Source of the DNA: Epithemia pelagica
Lineage: Eukaryota; Protista; Bacillariophyta
Assembly: GCA_946965045.2 (NCBI GenBank)
Contig: OX337233.1
Span: forward strand, 1,674,001-1,738,000
Length of the DNA stretch: 64,000 bases
Direction: 5' to 3'
A model generated the notes under the pieces. That model saw only the letters and a list, made by a program, of their open reading frames with translations. It was not told the DNA's origin and searched no databases. How positions within the stretch are numbered: the stretch's first letter is position 1; each line of letters starts with the position of its first letter. The translations under genes and the position numbers were made by a program. Shown here in pieces: positions 9,621 through 21,778 of the stretch.

Positions 9621-10407
9621 ATAAATGTTCCAAAATTCCAAATAAGGCACTTAATTTCTATATCGCCTTGGATTTTAACGAGTGGTGTGAAAGCGCCACC
9701 GGAGGTAGTGGTGCTGCCGGACGGTTCAACTGGGCACACGTCCAAGGGGAATTCACCTGGTTTGGACGAAGACAGCAAGTAAGGAGAGATGAGAAACGAG
9801 ATGGAGGAGATGGGGGAGTTGATTACAGAGTTGGATTCGATTGCAGGACATCAAGTGGAGATGGCAGAGGTTATGAAGGAGTTGGGATGGATGGTGGAGC
9901 GACAGGTGGAGATAGCGGATAGACTGCATCAACTGAAACTGTTGGCCGAGACGAGGTTGCAGCGCGCACGGGACGTCGTATGTAAAAGGAGACGGCACGG
10001 GAGACCTGGAGCCGGATGGGCAAGGGCCAGATGGGAGAGACGGCGAGACTCCACAGAGTCGATCTGACAGCGGAACTCCCCGCGGTCGATGGAGATGGCG
10101 AGTTGCACGAAAGTCAGTCGGTGGGGTGAGTCCGCGAGGACGACGGGTCAGTCGGGGTTCTCGAGACAGCAGCGGAAGACCTGTGGTGGGTGACAGGGTG
10201 AGAGTGTTGAACCCGGTTGATCCACAGCGGGGAAAAGAAAGGAGCAGTGCAGATCATTACTGTCCTTATCTCCTCCTTACTGAGTACCAACTATAAGGAT
10301 GGAACAATTTATCGTCCCGAACCTCAGTATGTAACCTGTTTCCGTGAGAGTGCCAAGAAACAACTCTTCGCTCCATACCAATCTACATGAAAAACATTGA
10401 TCAATGT

Positions 10408-11268
10408 TTAAGAATCGGCAGGGTTGGTCTTTCCATCTTTCCAGTAGAATGCAACATACTTTGCCGCGATGGCTTCACGAACTCGGTGGTATGACAGAAG
10501 ATGGTGTCTCTTGGATAGTATGGAATGAGGAACGGTTGCATTGAGCACAACAGATCTGTTATCTCCGTACATGTAACTTCGCTCTCGGATAGGTACTCCA
10601 AGGTAGCGGAGAGAATGTCGTAATTCTGTAATCTGATCTATTGCTGTCCTTGCAGCCACAAACTCGGATCCATAGGTAGCAGTTTCCACCGTGCTCTGTC
10701 TCTTGCTGTACCAGTCAATAGGTGTTCCGTTCAACAAATGTAGAACAGCAGTGACGGATTTACCAGTGACTATGTCATGCATGAGATTGGCATCAACATA
10801 ATGAGTTGTGGTAACATAGCGGCCAAGAGGTGTTGGGCAGTCTTCAGGAATACGTTCACTTGCATTCGGATAGACAGTGCGAGTCCAATCAAATTCTTGG
10901 GTAGGAAGACTTGAATAATCGGGCTCTCCAATCCTAAATCTGATTGCGCCTTCTGGGAGATGTGCAAGGTATCCATAGATACGCTTGGCTCTATCAAGAT
11001 GTCCTTTCCTCGGAGCAGCACGAAAGCGTGATAGCGTCATTGTAGCGGTGAAGACGTCGAAACGACCAATAGTGATCACCCATTGGAGTTGTCCAATCAG
11101 AGTTTGGAAATGGCTAGTACCTTCTTCATCAAGGAGTTCAGAATCATCCAATTCAGGATGGTCTCCACCAATAAGAGGTGTTTTGGCTTTCTTGGGTTTC
11201 TCCTTGAAGATTCGTTCGAAAGTGTCCATCATCTTACCAATGTAGCGTCTTGGATCTGCTACTAATGT
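10408..11268 (-). pseudogene. pol: pol C-terminus (RT thumb + RNase H), copy 2; truncated at the array junction
   Basis: In frame with gag-pol across TGA 11269-11271. Ends GKTNPADS*, so the usual continuation after NPAD is lost. Confidence 0.9.
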
Positions 11269-14200
11269 TCAATCAGAATCCTTGGTGTAACAACATCCCA
11301 AGTGAAAATCAATAGGTCCATCTCCTTTGAGTTTGAAGTTGTATTTCTCCTTCAGGATCTTGCAGATATTCCCAGGATCAGTAGAAATAATGGCTAAGTC
11401 ATCAACGTATACGGCAATGTATTCGTAACAGTCTTCTCCAGGTGCCTTCCTCATCCAGATATCCGGATCTGCTTTGCTTGGTGAAAATCCCATGTCTGTC
11501 AAAACATCGAATAAGACATCATGCCAGCGTGCGCCTGATGACTTCAATCCATAAAGTGCCTTGTATATAATCAGGATGTGACCTTCTAATTCCTTGAATT
11601 CAGGTCCTGCGACAATGAAAATTTTCTCCCCTGTCAAGGCTTCCAGATATGCGTTTCCAATATCTGCTCCCCATATTTCCAAGTCATTCAAAGTACCCAG
11701 GAATAAGGCAATGCGGAGGTTGCGAATGGAAACAACACCTGAATAGATTGTCTCAACAGGTTCTTTTGTGAGATGTCCATCTGCGACAAGTCTTGCTTTA
11801 TGTCGTCCATCATGTTTTACGTCAAAGACAAGATGTACACGTATCTTATGATATCCTTCAGGTGCATTGGATACTTTCCCTTTAATGAAGATGGCTTTCC
11901 CAAAATCCTTGAATGTCTTGTAGGACTGGATCTGTGACAATTCTAATTCTGTTGCATCTTGCCACTTTGTGTTGCCATGTTGTTTATCAAGAGCGACAGC
12001 TTCCTCATAATTGCGTGGTACTTGGAATCCAAACTTATACTTGACGGAATGGTGAACTTGTTTAATCCTTGACTGTTTGGCTGCTCGAATGAGACGTTTG
12101 CTTGTTTTGACATAACGTTTCAAATGCTTCCATCCAGGTTCGTTGAGTAAATCATGTTTCTTTCCATAAATTGCTACAGTGATCGGATCATCATTGGCGA
12201 TGAGTGATAAAGGTTCATAGGTAGTCTCCCCAGTTTCCCAATCAACAAGCAAATTATATTTGCTCCCCTTGTAATCTGGATCAGTTGTGTTCAGTGGACC
12301 TTGATGGGCAATGACGTCCCTGAACCTGAAAAGATTATCTCCAGAGGTTTGAGCTTGGTTATCTCGTTCGATATACTCCATGAGTTGATTATAGGATATC
12401 ATCTCATCAACATCAGAACTTGTCTTTCGGTAGATGTACTTGACACGTTCTTCCTGTTTCGTTGCTTCTTCATTAAGATCAATGACTCGTTTGATGACAC
12501 GTGCACGGTGTCGCTCCCCATTTTCTTCTGTGTCGCATAGGAATGTGCGTCCTATCATGTCGTCAAAATCGATCGTGGGCATTGGTTTGGATGGATCTTC
12601 ACTATCACTGCGAATGAAGACAGTGTCAGCTTGCTTATCATTGTCATCCTTCTCAGACGAATCCTCCCCTGAAGGTCGATCCACACGTAGGTTAGGTGTA
12701 GTGGATTCAACACGGCGAACGGCAGAACGGTAGATTATCTGGTTATCCTGGGTGAGAATCTTCCAAGTAAAAGAATCACCAACGTTGTGAGCAAAACCAA
12801 CCCAGTGGCCAAGTTTCTCATCAGAAGAAGATGGATATGAACCGGAATTGGGTTCAGCGGGGTCGACACGGTAGTAAACCTCATCCCAGAAAGGAAAGAA
12901 CAAGAGATGAGTAATGTCGGGTGGGCGTCCGGAGAGAGCCTCAAGAGGAGTGCGACCGGAGTGTGTGGGTGATGACGTATGGTTCAATAAGTCACAGACA
13001 TACTCAAGGCAAAGAAGCCAGGTGTTGGCAGGGCAACCAGTGGCATTCATGAGAGCGTTGGTCATACGTTTAACGGTCTGGTAACGGTTTTCAGCCTTAT
13101 TCTGGTGTTGATGATAAGGTTCGGATCGATACTCCCCAATAAGCAAAGTGCGAAGAATGTCTTTAACCTTTTGAGAGATGAGAGATGAACCACCATCACT
13201 GATAAGAGTCTCCATGGCACCACGAAACCGGATGTTGTCCTGAAGAGTATTGACAAACTGTTTGGTTGGCTTGATCCCATAGATATCAGTAACCAGAGTA
13301 TCTCGACCAACAAAGATTTGTGCGACTTTACCGCCATGGTCAACAGCAGGGGTGTCGGAGAAAACCGAGTCAGTAGCAACGGGTTCATGGCGTCGAGGTA
13401 TATTAAGGACTGGATTGCGAGCCTTGAAATGTTTCTTAAGGGTGTCGTGGTCAAAAGTAATGCTACCATTACGTGTAGTGTGCTTGAACGTATCGGCAAT
13501 AACATCTTCAGATTGCCAACCAAAGAATGGACGGAACTTCTTCCAGTCATACGCTTCCTGGTAACGACGGTGGACAGAGGCATGAAGTGTAGGATCATTA
13601 CCTTCTGCGTCAGCATAGATAGAAAAGAAGGGTGCGTCGTCAGGTCCATGATCGTATGGGAGATCCAAAAGGAGATTGAGGTTACAAACAACACGATCAG
13701 TGTACTCCCCATAGTTGTCATATGGATGGTTTGACATACTACCATCAGTCTTGACGTGTTTCCAATCAGGATCATTGTCAGAGGGTGTGGGAGAATACGA
13801 ATGGTCCAGAACACCAGGATCCCATGTGTCGGGTGACGTGAAGATGATCTGAGGTAAGGTATCCATGTCATCGTCGCTGGGGATACCCAAGGAGTGGATG
13901 TAGGCTAACCCATCCTTGATGTGAAGAGGTATGGCACGACCATCAAGTGTAGTGATGCGTTGTTTACCATCAACTTTAACAGGTCGTTCATCAACAGCAA
14001 GTCCGAAATGCTCGAATTGACCAGGAGCATGGATAGATAAGCCCTTCCCATAATAAGCATATTCATTGAAGATGCCGACAATAGGTCCGTCATTGGTCTC
14101 AAACTTTGCGGCACATGTGACGACAGGAAGTCCAGTAAGTTCATGGTTATCAATACCCACAATAGTGATATGGCGGCCAGTCTTAGAAAGGATGCGCATG

Positions 14201-15966
14201 TCAGAACCAGCAAGTCCTCCATTAGCACCACGGTCAATCAATTGATTCCCTGGTAAAGTAGATTTCCTGGAAAACAGATAGCGTGGAACATGTCCTGCTT
14301 GTTTATGCATGTTGGCTTTGAAAGTAACCTTCTTGCTCGTCTTGGACTTGGCGTTAGAAAGAACACTAGTCAGGTCAGTTGCCGGGTGATTGATATCAGT
14401 CGTCATGGCTTGGTTGATAAATTGTGTAACCGGATCTGAATCATCTGAATGCTCAGGGACTACGCCAGGTGAGTCGTCATCAGATGCAACTTGGTTGGGG
14501 TCAGGGTCAGGTTCCGGATCAATGTCGAGGGCATGTGTTTGCACTGTCCTCGGTGTTGTTGATGAAGGTGCTTGAATCATCTTGTTATACTCAATGATCA
14601 ACTTGCGATCTTCTTCAGAAAGTTTGAACCATAGGTCACGCGGTAGACTAACCTTGGACGAAGAGGATGGAGATTCAGATGTCGCTTTGGTGTTGTGGAC
14701 ATGATACTCCATATCATCTTGTGAGGTTATGTCAGCATCTGTATCTTGGCCATATAGTGATTCATGTTGTTTGACATGTCGACGGCGACTATGAACAGAT
14801 GACTGGGTTGCTTGATCATGGTCATAAGCTGCGTCTAGAAGGAGACGGAAGTATGATTGATAGCAAAGGGATTTTGCACCGGATTTGGTGTTCACCACAT
14901 TATCCAAGATCTTGACTCGGCGGAGATCAGGTACCTTTTCTACAGCTTGCATGAGGAAGGTCATCCTGGTATGATCAGGGATGCGATCAGACAATGTCAC
15001 TAAATTGTCTAGCAAACGTAGCTGCTCTTGAAAGTGTAGAAGAAATTGACGTGTTGTTCCGCGCCATGTGTCGTCAAGACGTAGATTGGAAATGTAGTTG
15101 GTTAAGCGGAGGACTTCTCGCTTTGCTAGGTCGGATTCGGTATGCAAAGAGTGTAACTTCTGCAATACGGCACGCGCATCTTCATCATGTTCATGTTCAC
15201 GTACATAGGCTCGACCTTGGTCAGTCTGAATGATACGGACAAGAACGGAGTAAAGAAATACTTGTTGCTCTTGAAAAAGTTCTTCGGCATACTCATCATC
15301 ATGGGGTGGTGTGTATTTGAAATTCAGAACGTTGGATAGGCCTTGAGCCTTAGCTGTAGTCTTGAATACACGCCAGAATGAATCGTAGTATCGTTCATCC
15401 TTGAATACCTCATATGCAGTTGCGTCGCGCTTAGTTCCCTTTCTGAATGCTGTAAGGTCTTGTTGAGATTGGGATGCGGCAGTAACTGTGCTGACAGATT
15501 TCACAGATGACGGTGACTTCATTGGTGAGACTGGGACTTGGCTAGGTGGTCCCTTAGAGAAATCTGTGTTGATCCTCCAAGTGTTGAACTCTTTCCTCGT
15601 TAGGTTCATCCAGTCGCTATTGGATAGCTCGTCTTGAATTTCATTGGTCTTGTATGTGGCCCAATAAGCCAAGAGCTTGATCTGCTGTCTTGTGGGGCCT
15701 TGTAGATCATGTGTCTGTTTGTTGACCTTGTATTGTGTCAGTTCTTTCATGGATTCCTCGGTATTAGTTTGCATATACGAGATAACATGGGTAATGTTCT
15801 CAAAACCATGGTATTTCATCCACTTCATTAAGTAGTCGGCCCTTTCTTTGGTGAAGAATTGGCAGACAGTAAATATGATGTGGTCGAATAGGTCTGTGTC
15901 CGAGACATTGTCTTGGTTATCTTCTCCCTTAGGAGTCGTAGGTGTCTTGGGTGATTGAGGATCCAT
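11269..15966 (-). CDS. gag-pol: Copia gag-pol polyprotein, copy 2
   Basis: Translation identical to 759-5456. Confidence 0.95.
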   Translation of the reverse strand: MDPQSPKTPTTPKGEDNQDNVSDTDLFDHIIFTVCQFFTKERADYLMKWMKYHGFENITHVISYMQTNTEESMKELTQYKVNKQTHDLQGPTRQQIKLLAYWATYKTNEIQDELSNSDWMNLTRKEFNTWRINTDFSKGPPSQVPVSPMKSPSSVKSVSTVTAASQSQQDLTAFRKGTKRDATAYEVFKDERYYDSFWRVFKTTAKAQGLSNVLNFKYTPPHDDEYAEELFQEQQVFLYSVLVRIIQTDQGRAYVREHEHDEDARAVLQKLHSLHTESDLAKREVLRLTNYISNLRLDDTWRGTTRQFLLHFQEQLRLLDNLVTLSDRIPDHTRMTFLMQAVEKVPDLRRVKILDNVVNTKSGAKSLCYQSYFRLLLDAAYDHDQATQSSVHSRRRHVKQHESLYGQDTDADITSQDDMEYHVHNTKATSESPSSSSKVSLPRDLWFKLSEEDRKLIIEYNKMIQAPSSTTPRTVQTHALDIDPEPDPDPNQVASDDDSPGVVPEHSDDSDPVTQFINQAMTTDINHPATDLTSVLSNAKSKTSKKVTFKANMHKQAGHVPRYLFSRKSTLPGNQLIDRGANGGLAGSDMRILSKTGRHITIVGIDNHELTGLPVVTCAAKFETNDGPIVGIFNEYAYYGKGLSIHAPGQFEHFGLAVDERPVKVDGKQRITTLDGRAIPLHIKDGLAYIHSLGIPSDDDMDTLPQIIFTSPDTWDPGVLDHSYSPTPSDNDPDWKHVKTDGSMSNHPYDNYGEYTDRVVCNLNLLLDLPYDHGPDDAPFFSIYADAEGNDPTLHASVHRRYQEAYDWKKFRPFFGWQSEDVIADTFKHTTRNGSITFDHDTLKKHFKARNPVLNIPRRHEPVATDSVFSDTPAVDHGGKVAQIFVGRDTLVTDIYGIKPTKQFVNTLQDNIRFRGAMETLISDGGSSLISQKVKDILRTLLIGEYRSEPYHQHQNKAENRYQTVKRMTNALMNATGCPANTWLLCLEYVCDLLNHTSSPTHSGRTPLEALSGRPPDITHLLFFPFWDEVYYRVDPAEPNSGSYPSSSDEKLGHWVGFAHNVGDSFTWKILTQDNQIIYRSAVRRVESTTPNLRVDRPSGEDSSEKDDNDKQADTVFIRSDSEDPSKPMPTIDFDDMIGRTFLCDTEENGERHRARVIKRVIDLNEEATKQEERVKYIYRKTSSDVDEMISYNQLMEYIERDNQAQTSGDNLFRFRDVIAHQGPLNTTDPDYKGSKYNLLVDWETGETTYEPLSLIANDDPITVAIYGKKHDLLNEPGWKHLKRYVKTSKRLIRAAKQSRIKQVHHSVKYKFGFQVPRNYEEAVALDKQHGNTKWQDATELELSQIQSYKTFKDFGKAIFIKGKVSNAPEGYHKIRVHLVFDVKHDGRHKARLVADGHLTKEPVETIYSGVVSIRNLRIALFLGTLNDLEIWGADIGNAYLEALTGEKIFIVAGPEFKELEGHILIIYKALYGLKSSGARWHDVLFDVLTDMGFSPSKADPDIWMRKAPGEDCYEYIAVYVDDLAIISTDPGNICKILKEKYNFKLKGDGPIDFHLGCCYTKDSD

Positions 15967-16286
15967 GGTGTTATTTGGTTGGTTCGATGTTTATTTAATG
16001 TGCGGTGTGATGTGGTTTATTTAATGTGTGATGTGATGTGAACCCGGATGTACCACGTGTGCCACGTATGTACCACGTATGTGATACCCGGATGTGTGTT
16101 GTGATGTGCGACTCCTGGAAATTTCCGTTGATTTCGACAAATTTTCACCGAGTTTCAACAAATTTTCGCCGAATTTTCGCGATTTGACGGGAATGTGTGG
16201 CGTGTTGTGCGACCAAGGGTACCCGGATGTGCGTTGAGTTTAAGTCTTGGAAAGGTTTTGAGAGGACGGGAGTTAACTATGAGTAA

Positions 16287-17066
16287 TTAAGCTTCGGTCT
16301 CTGAATCCTCACCCTCTTCCGAATGATCAGAGTCGCTTCCAGGCTCAGATGGGGCAGCACAAGCAACAGAAGAAGGGGTATCACCTTCAGCCAGGTGGTT
16401 CTCGACCTCGGTACGCAAAGGGTAGATAGTTGCACGATGGTCCTCGATGGTATGGACCTCGTGGATGTAGGCAACGTAGTTATCTAGGCGTACAACGTTA
16501 GGAGGCAGAGGGCAAGTCGTCGCGTTCACGACGTGGATGGCATTGTAGTATCCAGTTGGGCGCTCGAAGGTTAGGAAGCGGAGGTGGACAGTACGGATGG
16601 GGTTGCCCGAGAGGGCGGCAAAGATGAGGCGACGCCTCGGAGAACGATGAAGTTGGTCGTTCAGACGGTCAATGTCTTCTTGGTCGACGATGTGGGTCAC
16701 CGATTGGAACTGGCGTTCGATCTGGGTCTCCCCACGGATGATCTCGGGATCGAAGGTCGAACAAGTTGGTTGGCGGAAGTACTTGATATGATCAGCAATC
16801 AACCGGGTGGTACGACGGGATCGAGAAGGGACGAGCCGACGAGGCGGACTCGGGGGCCGAAGCAACGGCGCAGGGATCGGAGCGTGAGGTTGGGTTGGAG
16901 TCTCGAATGGGTTGCTGTTGGAACTGTCGACGGAGATGTTGACCGATGTGTTGGCTGCCTTCGGCGTCGGCACCAGTTCCTGCTGCACCAGGGTATCGGG
17001 CTGCCCGGGATGCAGGTTGGCTCGATAGATCTGTCGTACAGGAGTGATAATCTCGTTAGTATCCAT
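16287..17066 (-). CDS. Extra 259-aa ORF, copy 2
   Basis: Translation identical to 5777-6556. Confidence 0.7.
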   Translation of the reverse strand: MDTNEIITPVRQIYRANLHPGQPDTLVQQELVPTPKAANTSVNISVDSSNSNPFETPTQPHAPIPAPLLRPPSPPRRLVPSRSRRTTRLIADHIKYFRQPTCSTFDPEIIRGETQIERQFQSVTHIVDQEDIDRLNDQLHRSPRRRLIFAALSGNPIRTVHLRFLTFERPTGYYNAIHVVNATTCPLPPNVVRLDNYVAYIHEVHTIEDHRATIYPLRTEVENHLAEGDTPSSVACAAPSEPGSDSDHSEEGEDSETEA

Positions 17067-17102
17067 GAAACCACAAGGAAATAAGCTTTGAGACTGTTAA
17101 TC

Positions 17103-17885
17103 TGTTACAATTCTTTCTGAATCGTAGGGACATTGATGCTCGGTAGAGCAGACAATCAGGTAGGTCACCAACCGATACAAGCTTCTCAGGGTCAGAGAAG
17201 CAAGCAAGTCGAAGTCTATCAGAAGGATAGTCGGGACACAAAAGAGGATGTGATAAATGGTGATATTGTTAGATTGTGTGTTGATTACTACGATAGGTCT
17301 ACGTGAAATGTTCGGTCCTGCCAAGGGTCATGTGTCATAGGTTCTTGGCGGCAACAGGTTTGGAATAGTTGGAGTCGATTCATGTGATGTATATGACATG
17401 TATATGTGGGCGGATAACATATACAGGGTCAACAGCTCTTGCTTTGGGTTGGCATAGTTGTTTTCATGGCGCGCAGCTTGTTGACAATTTGGAGATTGTG
17501 GGAATGGAAATATGGTCTCGCGTGATCGTGTGTCGTGCTTGGGATACTTAGACCGTTGGATCGGATAGATGCCGATAGCGCTCGGATGTCGCTTGGGCGC
17601 GCTCGATGATTTCGGGCGCGTACGCTTAGGGCGTTAGTATAATGTCCGAGCAACGGCCAAATTTATGTCCGTTGTAATACCGCACGACCCAGTTTAGTCT
17701 TGAGAGTGAGTTCGTCAATCTATTCTCACTTTTCATGATTTGCGAAGAAATATAGGTCGATATAGCGCGAAGCTAGGGAACATAGCTCGAAGCTAGATGG
17801 CATGATGCGATAGCACGAGGCTATGTGACATGGGGAATCGATGAGATGTAGAATCTAACCACCATAGACGGTGAGAATTCTAACA
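17103..17885 (-). repeat. 5' LTR, copy 2
   Basis: Copy of 6593-7375 at +10510. Confidence 0.7.
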
Positions 17886-20800
17886 GTTAGTGCTGGGCAC
17901 TTGGCAGGGAGATGGTGACTGGCACGTACCGGGCAGCACACTTTTTCTAGAGATCGACCATGGCGCGCAAATTGTTCGTTCAACCCTCACCCCTTACCAC
18001 CAAAACCTTTTTCACAATTGGCAAGCCAACGACCTCAACCCTCACCCCTTACCACCAAAACCTTTTTCACAATTGGCAGGCCAACGACCTCAACCTCTTT
18101 AACACACCTTCCGCAGTGCCTTCGCTGCATTGTCTTCCCTCCAGGTTTCCATCTGTGTAGTATCTACTTCAACGGTGGCGCTCCATCAGAGCCCGAGGGC
18201 GCATTGTGGACGCATTGGAATCGAAAGGAAAAGCAGACGGTGGAACTCAATGCCATGGGCCAGTGGAAATGACACCAAAACAATCCCAACCTTAGATTCT
18301 TCGTCTTCACCACAACATAACAGATTGGACCCTTCCCTTGCAACAACTGCACATTCGTCAGAGACTGGCAACGTGCCACATCTTGGAGAAACAGTCGACC
18401 ACCAAAGCACCCCTGCTGAAAGTAACCGACAGTTGCTATCAGTCGTATCAGTTTGTGAGCAAAATTACCAACAACAACAGAAGACCCTTGTAGCCATGTG
18501 CTATGGTCTCCAAGGCGAGGCAAATAGACACTTTTGTGATCCTAGGGAAGACCCGGTGTACAAGAAAGCAAAGAACAAGCAGCAACTCTTCCCATCGGCT
18601 GAAGATTATAAACACAAAGTTCTTCGCAGAAACCGTGTCGAGGAGTGTGGGGTTCGACATCGTGGGGCGACTGCTGAGCTTCGGTACTTGGATGAAGGGG
18701 CATCACAATTGATGGAAGAGGATGGTTGCCGATTTCTAAAGGGACAAAGGGATTGAAACCATATTGGGTGTTCCAAGATGGGGCAGATGGTTTGCAGAGA
18801 TACGGCAGAAAAGGTAGCAGGTTGCAGGGTTTGTGAAGAAATAATTCCAGATATTGTTCATTGAATTTGGAAATTGACGAAGGAAAAATGAATGGAATTT
18901 GTTGATCATCATGGGGGAAAGATTTGCTCGGAAAAGCTGGTCAAAGTAGATCGCAGCTGCTAAGACAAATTTTTGATGTGTGAACAGGGCATCGGCTGCC
19001 CTTTGAGGGGGAGGAGTACTAAAGGACAAGATGTGAAAAATTGGTCAAGGGACTTGTGACAAGTCACATGTTTGTTGTCTGAATTGCCAGAAGAGGGGTA
19101 TGGAAGAGTTCAAGACGAGACGAATAAGAACAACTTTACGCAAACGGTGTTCAATGATCGGCAACATTCTCCAAGCTCTCCAAAATTTTGCATGTATCAA
19201 CTCAAGTCCAGATAAAACCCCTCTCTCAGCAGAAGGTCTTAAATTACGAAAATCAGTTTGTCTTTTGACCGATTTTGCATAATCAATGATGAAATTTAAC
19301 AACTACACCTCTCGTCTAGGACAATCGTCCTCATCACAGTCGTCGGCTAGAGAACTAGAAGTTCCACAACCTCTGTCTAATGCAATGGGAATGGATACTC
19401 TGGTGTCACAATTTTCCCAGCTCATCAAACACAATCAAGTACAGTGCACATGCGCAAATCCACGAGCGACACAAAACGTGCAACATTTGCCATGACGGTC
19501 ACAGCATCCGGGAAGGTCCTCAAGCTAATGCTTATTTTCAAGGGAAAATGTCAGGGCCGGATTGTAGCAAAAGAATTCCCAACATTCCCTGACAGTTGCA
19601 TTTATGCCTGTCAGGAACTTGGATGGACAAGAAATGTATGTTTTTGTTAAGATGGTGAACAAAGCGTTGATATCAAAAGGGAAAAAATAAGATTATGGGT
19701 TCTGCTTTCCTTTGACGACGTCAGCCCAACTAGCTTGTTTTCGCATTGTCTTTGTTTCACGAGTTCTCTGGCGAGCGTCGTTAACGCGCCGGGCGACTAT
19801 CTCATTACTTTCTTCCGTCTCTTGTGTCTCATTTCCAACACCCCCCACTCCTGAGATCAAGGGAACCAAGATGTCGCGGAGCTCACGGAAATGGGCCACG
19901 TCTCGATGTTCTTTTGTCAGCGAGTTGGCTGGGTTGACTTTCCCAGGGATATGATGCACGGCAATTTCTTGGTCGCGGATGGCATCTCGAACAGCAATTT
20001 CGCGCATGTTAAGATGGCGTAATCGCTTAGTAATAGCCCCTGTACTACTCCAATCAACGGCCCCTTTGTTGTCGTTGAAGATAGGAATAGGATGGGCAGT
20101 GGATGGAAGTAGGTTCATCTCGTCCATCAGATAAATGTTCCAAAATTCCAAATAAGGCACTTAATTTCTATATCGCCTTGGATTTTAACGAGTGGTGTGA
20201 AAGCGCCACCGGAGGTAGTGGTGCTGCCGGACGGTTCAACTGGGCACACGTCCAAGGGGAATTCACCTGGTTTGGACGAAGACAGCGAGTAAGGAGAGAT
20301 GAGAAACGAGATGGAGGAGATGGGGGAGTTGATTACAGAGTTGGATTCGATTGCAGGACATCAAGTGGAGATGGCAGAGGTTATGAAGGAGTTGGGATGG
20401 ATGGTGGAGCGACAGGTGGAGATAGCGGATAGACTGCATCAACTGAAACTGTTGGCCGAGACGAGGTTGCAGCGCGCACGGGACGTCGTATGTAAAAGGA
20501 GACGGCACGGGAGACCTGGAGCCGGATGGGCAAGGGCCAGATGGGAGAGACGGCGAGACTCCACAGAGTCGATCTGACAGCGGAACTCCCCGCGGTCGAT
20601 GGAGATGGCGAGTTGCACGAAAGTCAGTCGGTGGGGTGAGTCCGCGAGGACGACGGGTCAGTCGGGGTTCTCGAGACAGCAGCGGAAGACCTGTGGTGGG
20701 TGACAGGGTGAGAGTGTTGAACCCGGTTGATCCACAGCGGGGAAAAGAAAGGAGCAGTGCAGATCATTACTGTCCTTATCTCCTCCTTACTGAGTACCAA

Positions 20801-20917
20801 CTATAAGGATGGAACAATTTATCGTCCCGAACCTCAGTATGTAACCTGTTTCCGTGAGAGTGCCAAGAAACAACTCTTCGCTCCATACCAATCTACATGA
20901 AAAACATTGATCAATGT

Positions 20918-21778
20918 TTAAGAATCGGCAGGGTTGGTCTTTCCATCTTTCCAGTAGAATGCAACATACTTTGCCGCGATGGCTTCACGAACTCGGTGGT
21001 ATGACAGAAGATGGTGTCTCTTGGATAGTATGGAATGAGGAACGGTTGCATTGAGCACAACAGATCTGTTATCTCCGTACATGTAACTTCGCTCTCGGAT
21101 AGGTACTCCAAGGTAGCGGAGAGAATGTCGTAATTCTGTAATCTGATCTATTGCTGTCCTTGCAGCCACAAACTCGGATCCATAGGTAGCAGTTTCCACC
21201 GTGCTCTGTCTCTTGCTGTACCAGTCAATAGGTGTTCCGTTCAACAAATGTAGAACAGCAGTGACGGATTTACCAGTGACTATGTCATGCATGAGATTGG
21301 CATCAACATAATGAGTTGTGGTAACATAGCGGCCAAGAGGTGTTGGGCAGTCTTCAGGAATACGTTCACTTGCATTCGGATAGACAGTGCGAGTCCAATC
21401 AAATTCTTGGGTAGGAAGACTTGAATAATCGGGCTCTCCAATCCTAAATCTGATTGCGCCTTCTGGGAGATGTGCAAGGTATCCATAGATACGCTTGGCT
21501 CTATCAAGATGTCCTTTCCTCGGAGCAGCACGAAAGCGTGATAGCGTCATTGTAGCGGTGAAGACGTCGAAACGACCAATAGTGATCACCCATTGGAGTT
21601 GTCCAATCAGAGTTTGGAAATGGCTAGTACCTTCTTCATCAAGGAGTTCAGAATCATCCAATTCAGGATGGTCTCCACCAATAAGAGGTGTTTTGGCTTT
21701 CTTGGGTTTCTCCTTGAAGATTCGTTCGAAAGTGTCCATCATCTTACCAATGTAGCGTCTTGGATCTGCTACTAATGT
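20918..21778 (-). pseudogene. pol: pol C-terminus (RT thumb + RNase H), copy 3; truncated at the array junction
   Basis: Identical to 10408-11268. Confidence 0.9.

Larger units (their letters stand above)
10417..17885 (-). mobile_element. CoDi-like copia element, array copy 2 (no PPT or 3' LTR)
   Basis: Copy of 1-7375 at +10510. Confidence 0.93.

Noticed and set aside
9789-10067. 92-aa plus-strand ORF with coiled-coil-like periodicity
   Set aside because: It could equally be the antisense of a P/S-rich copia linker on the minus strand; there is no independent support.
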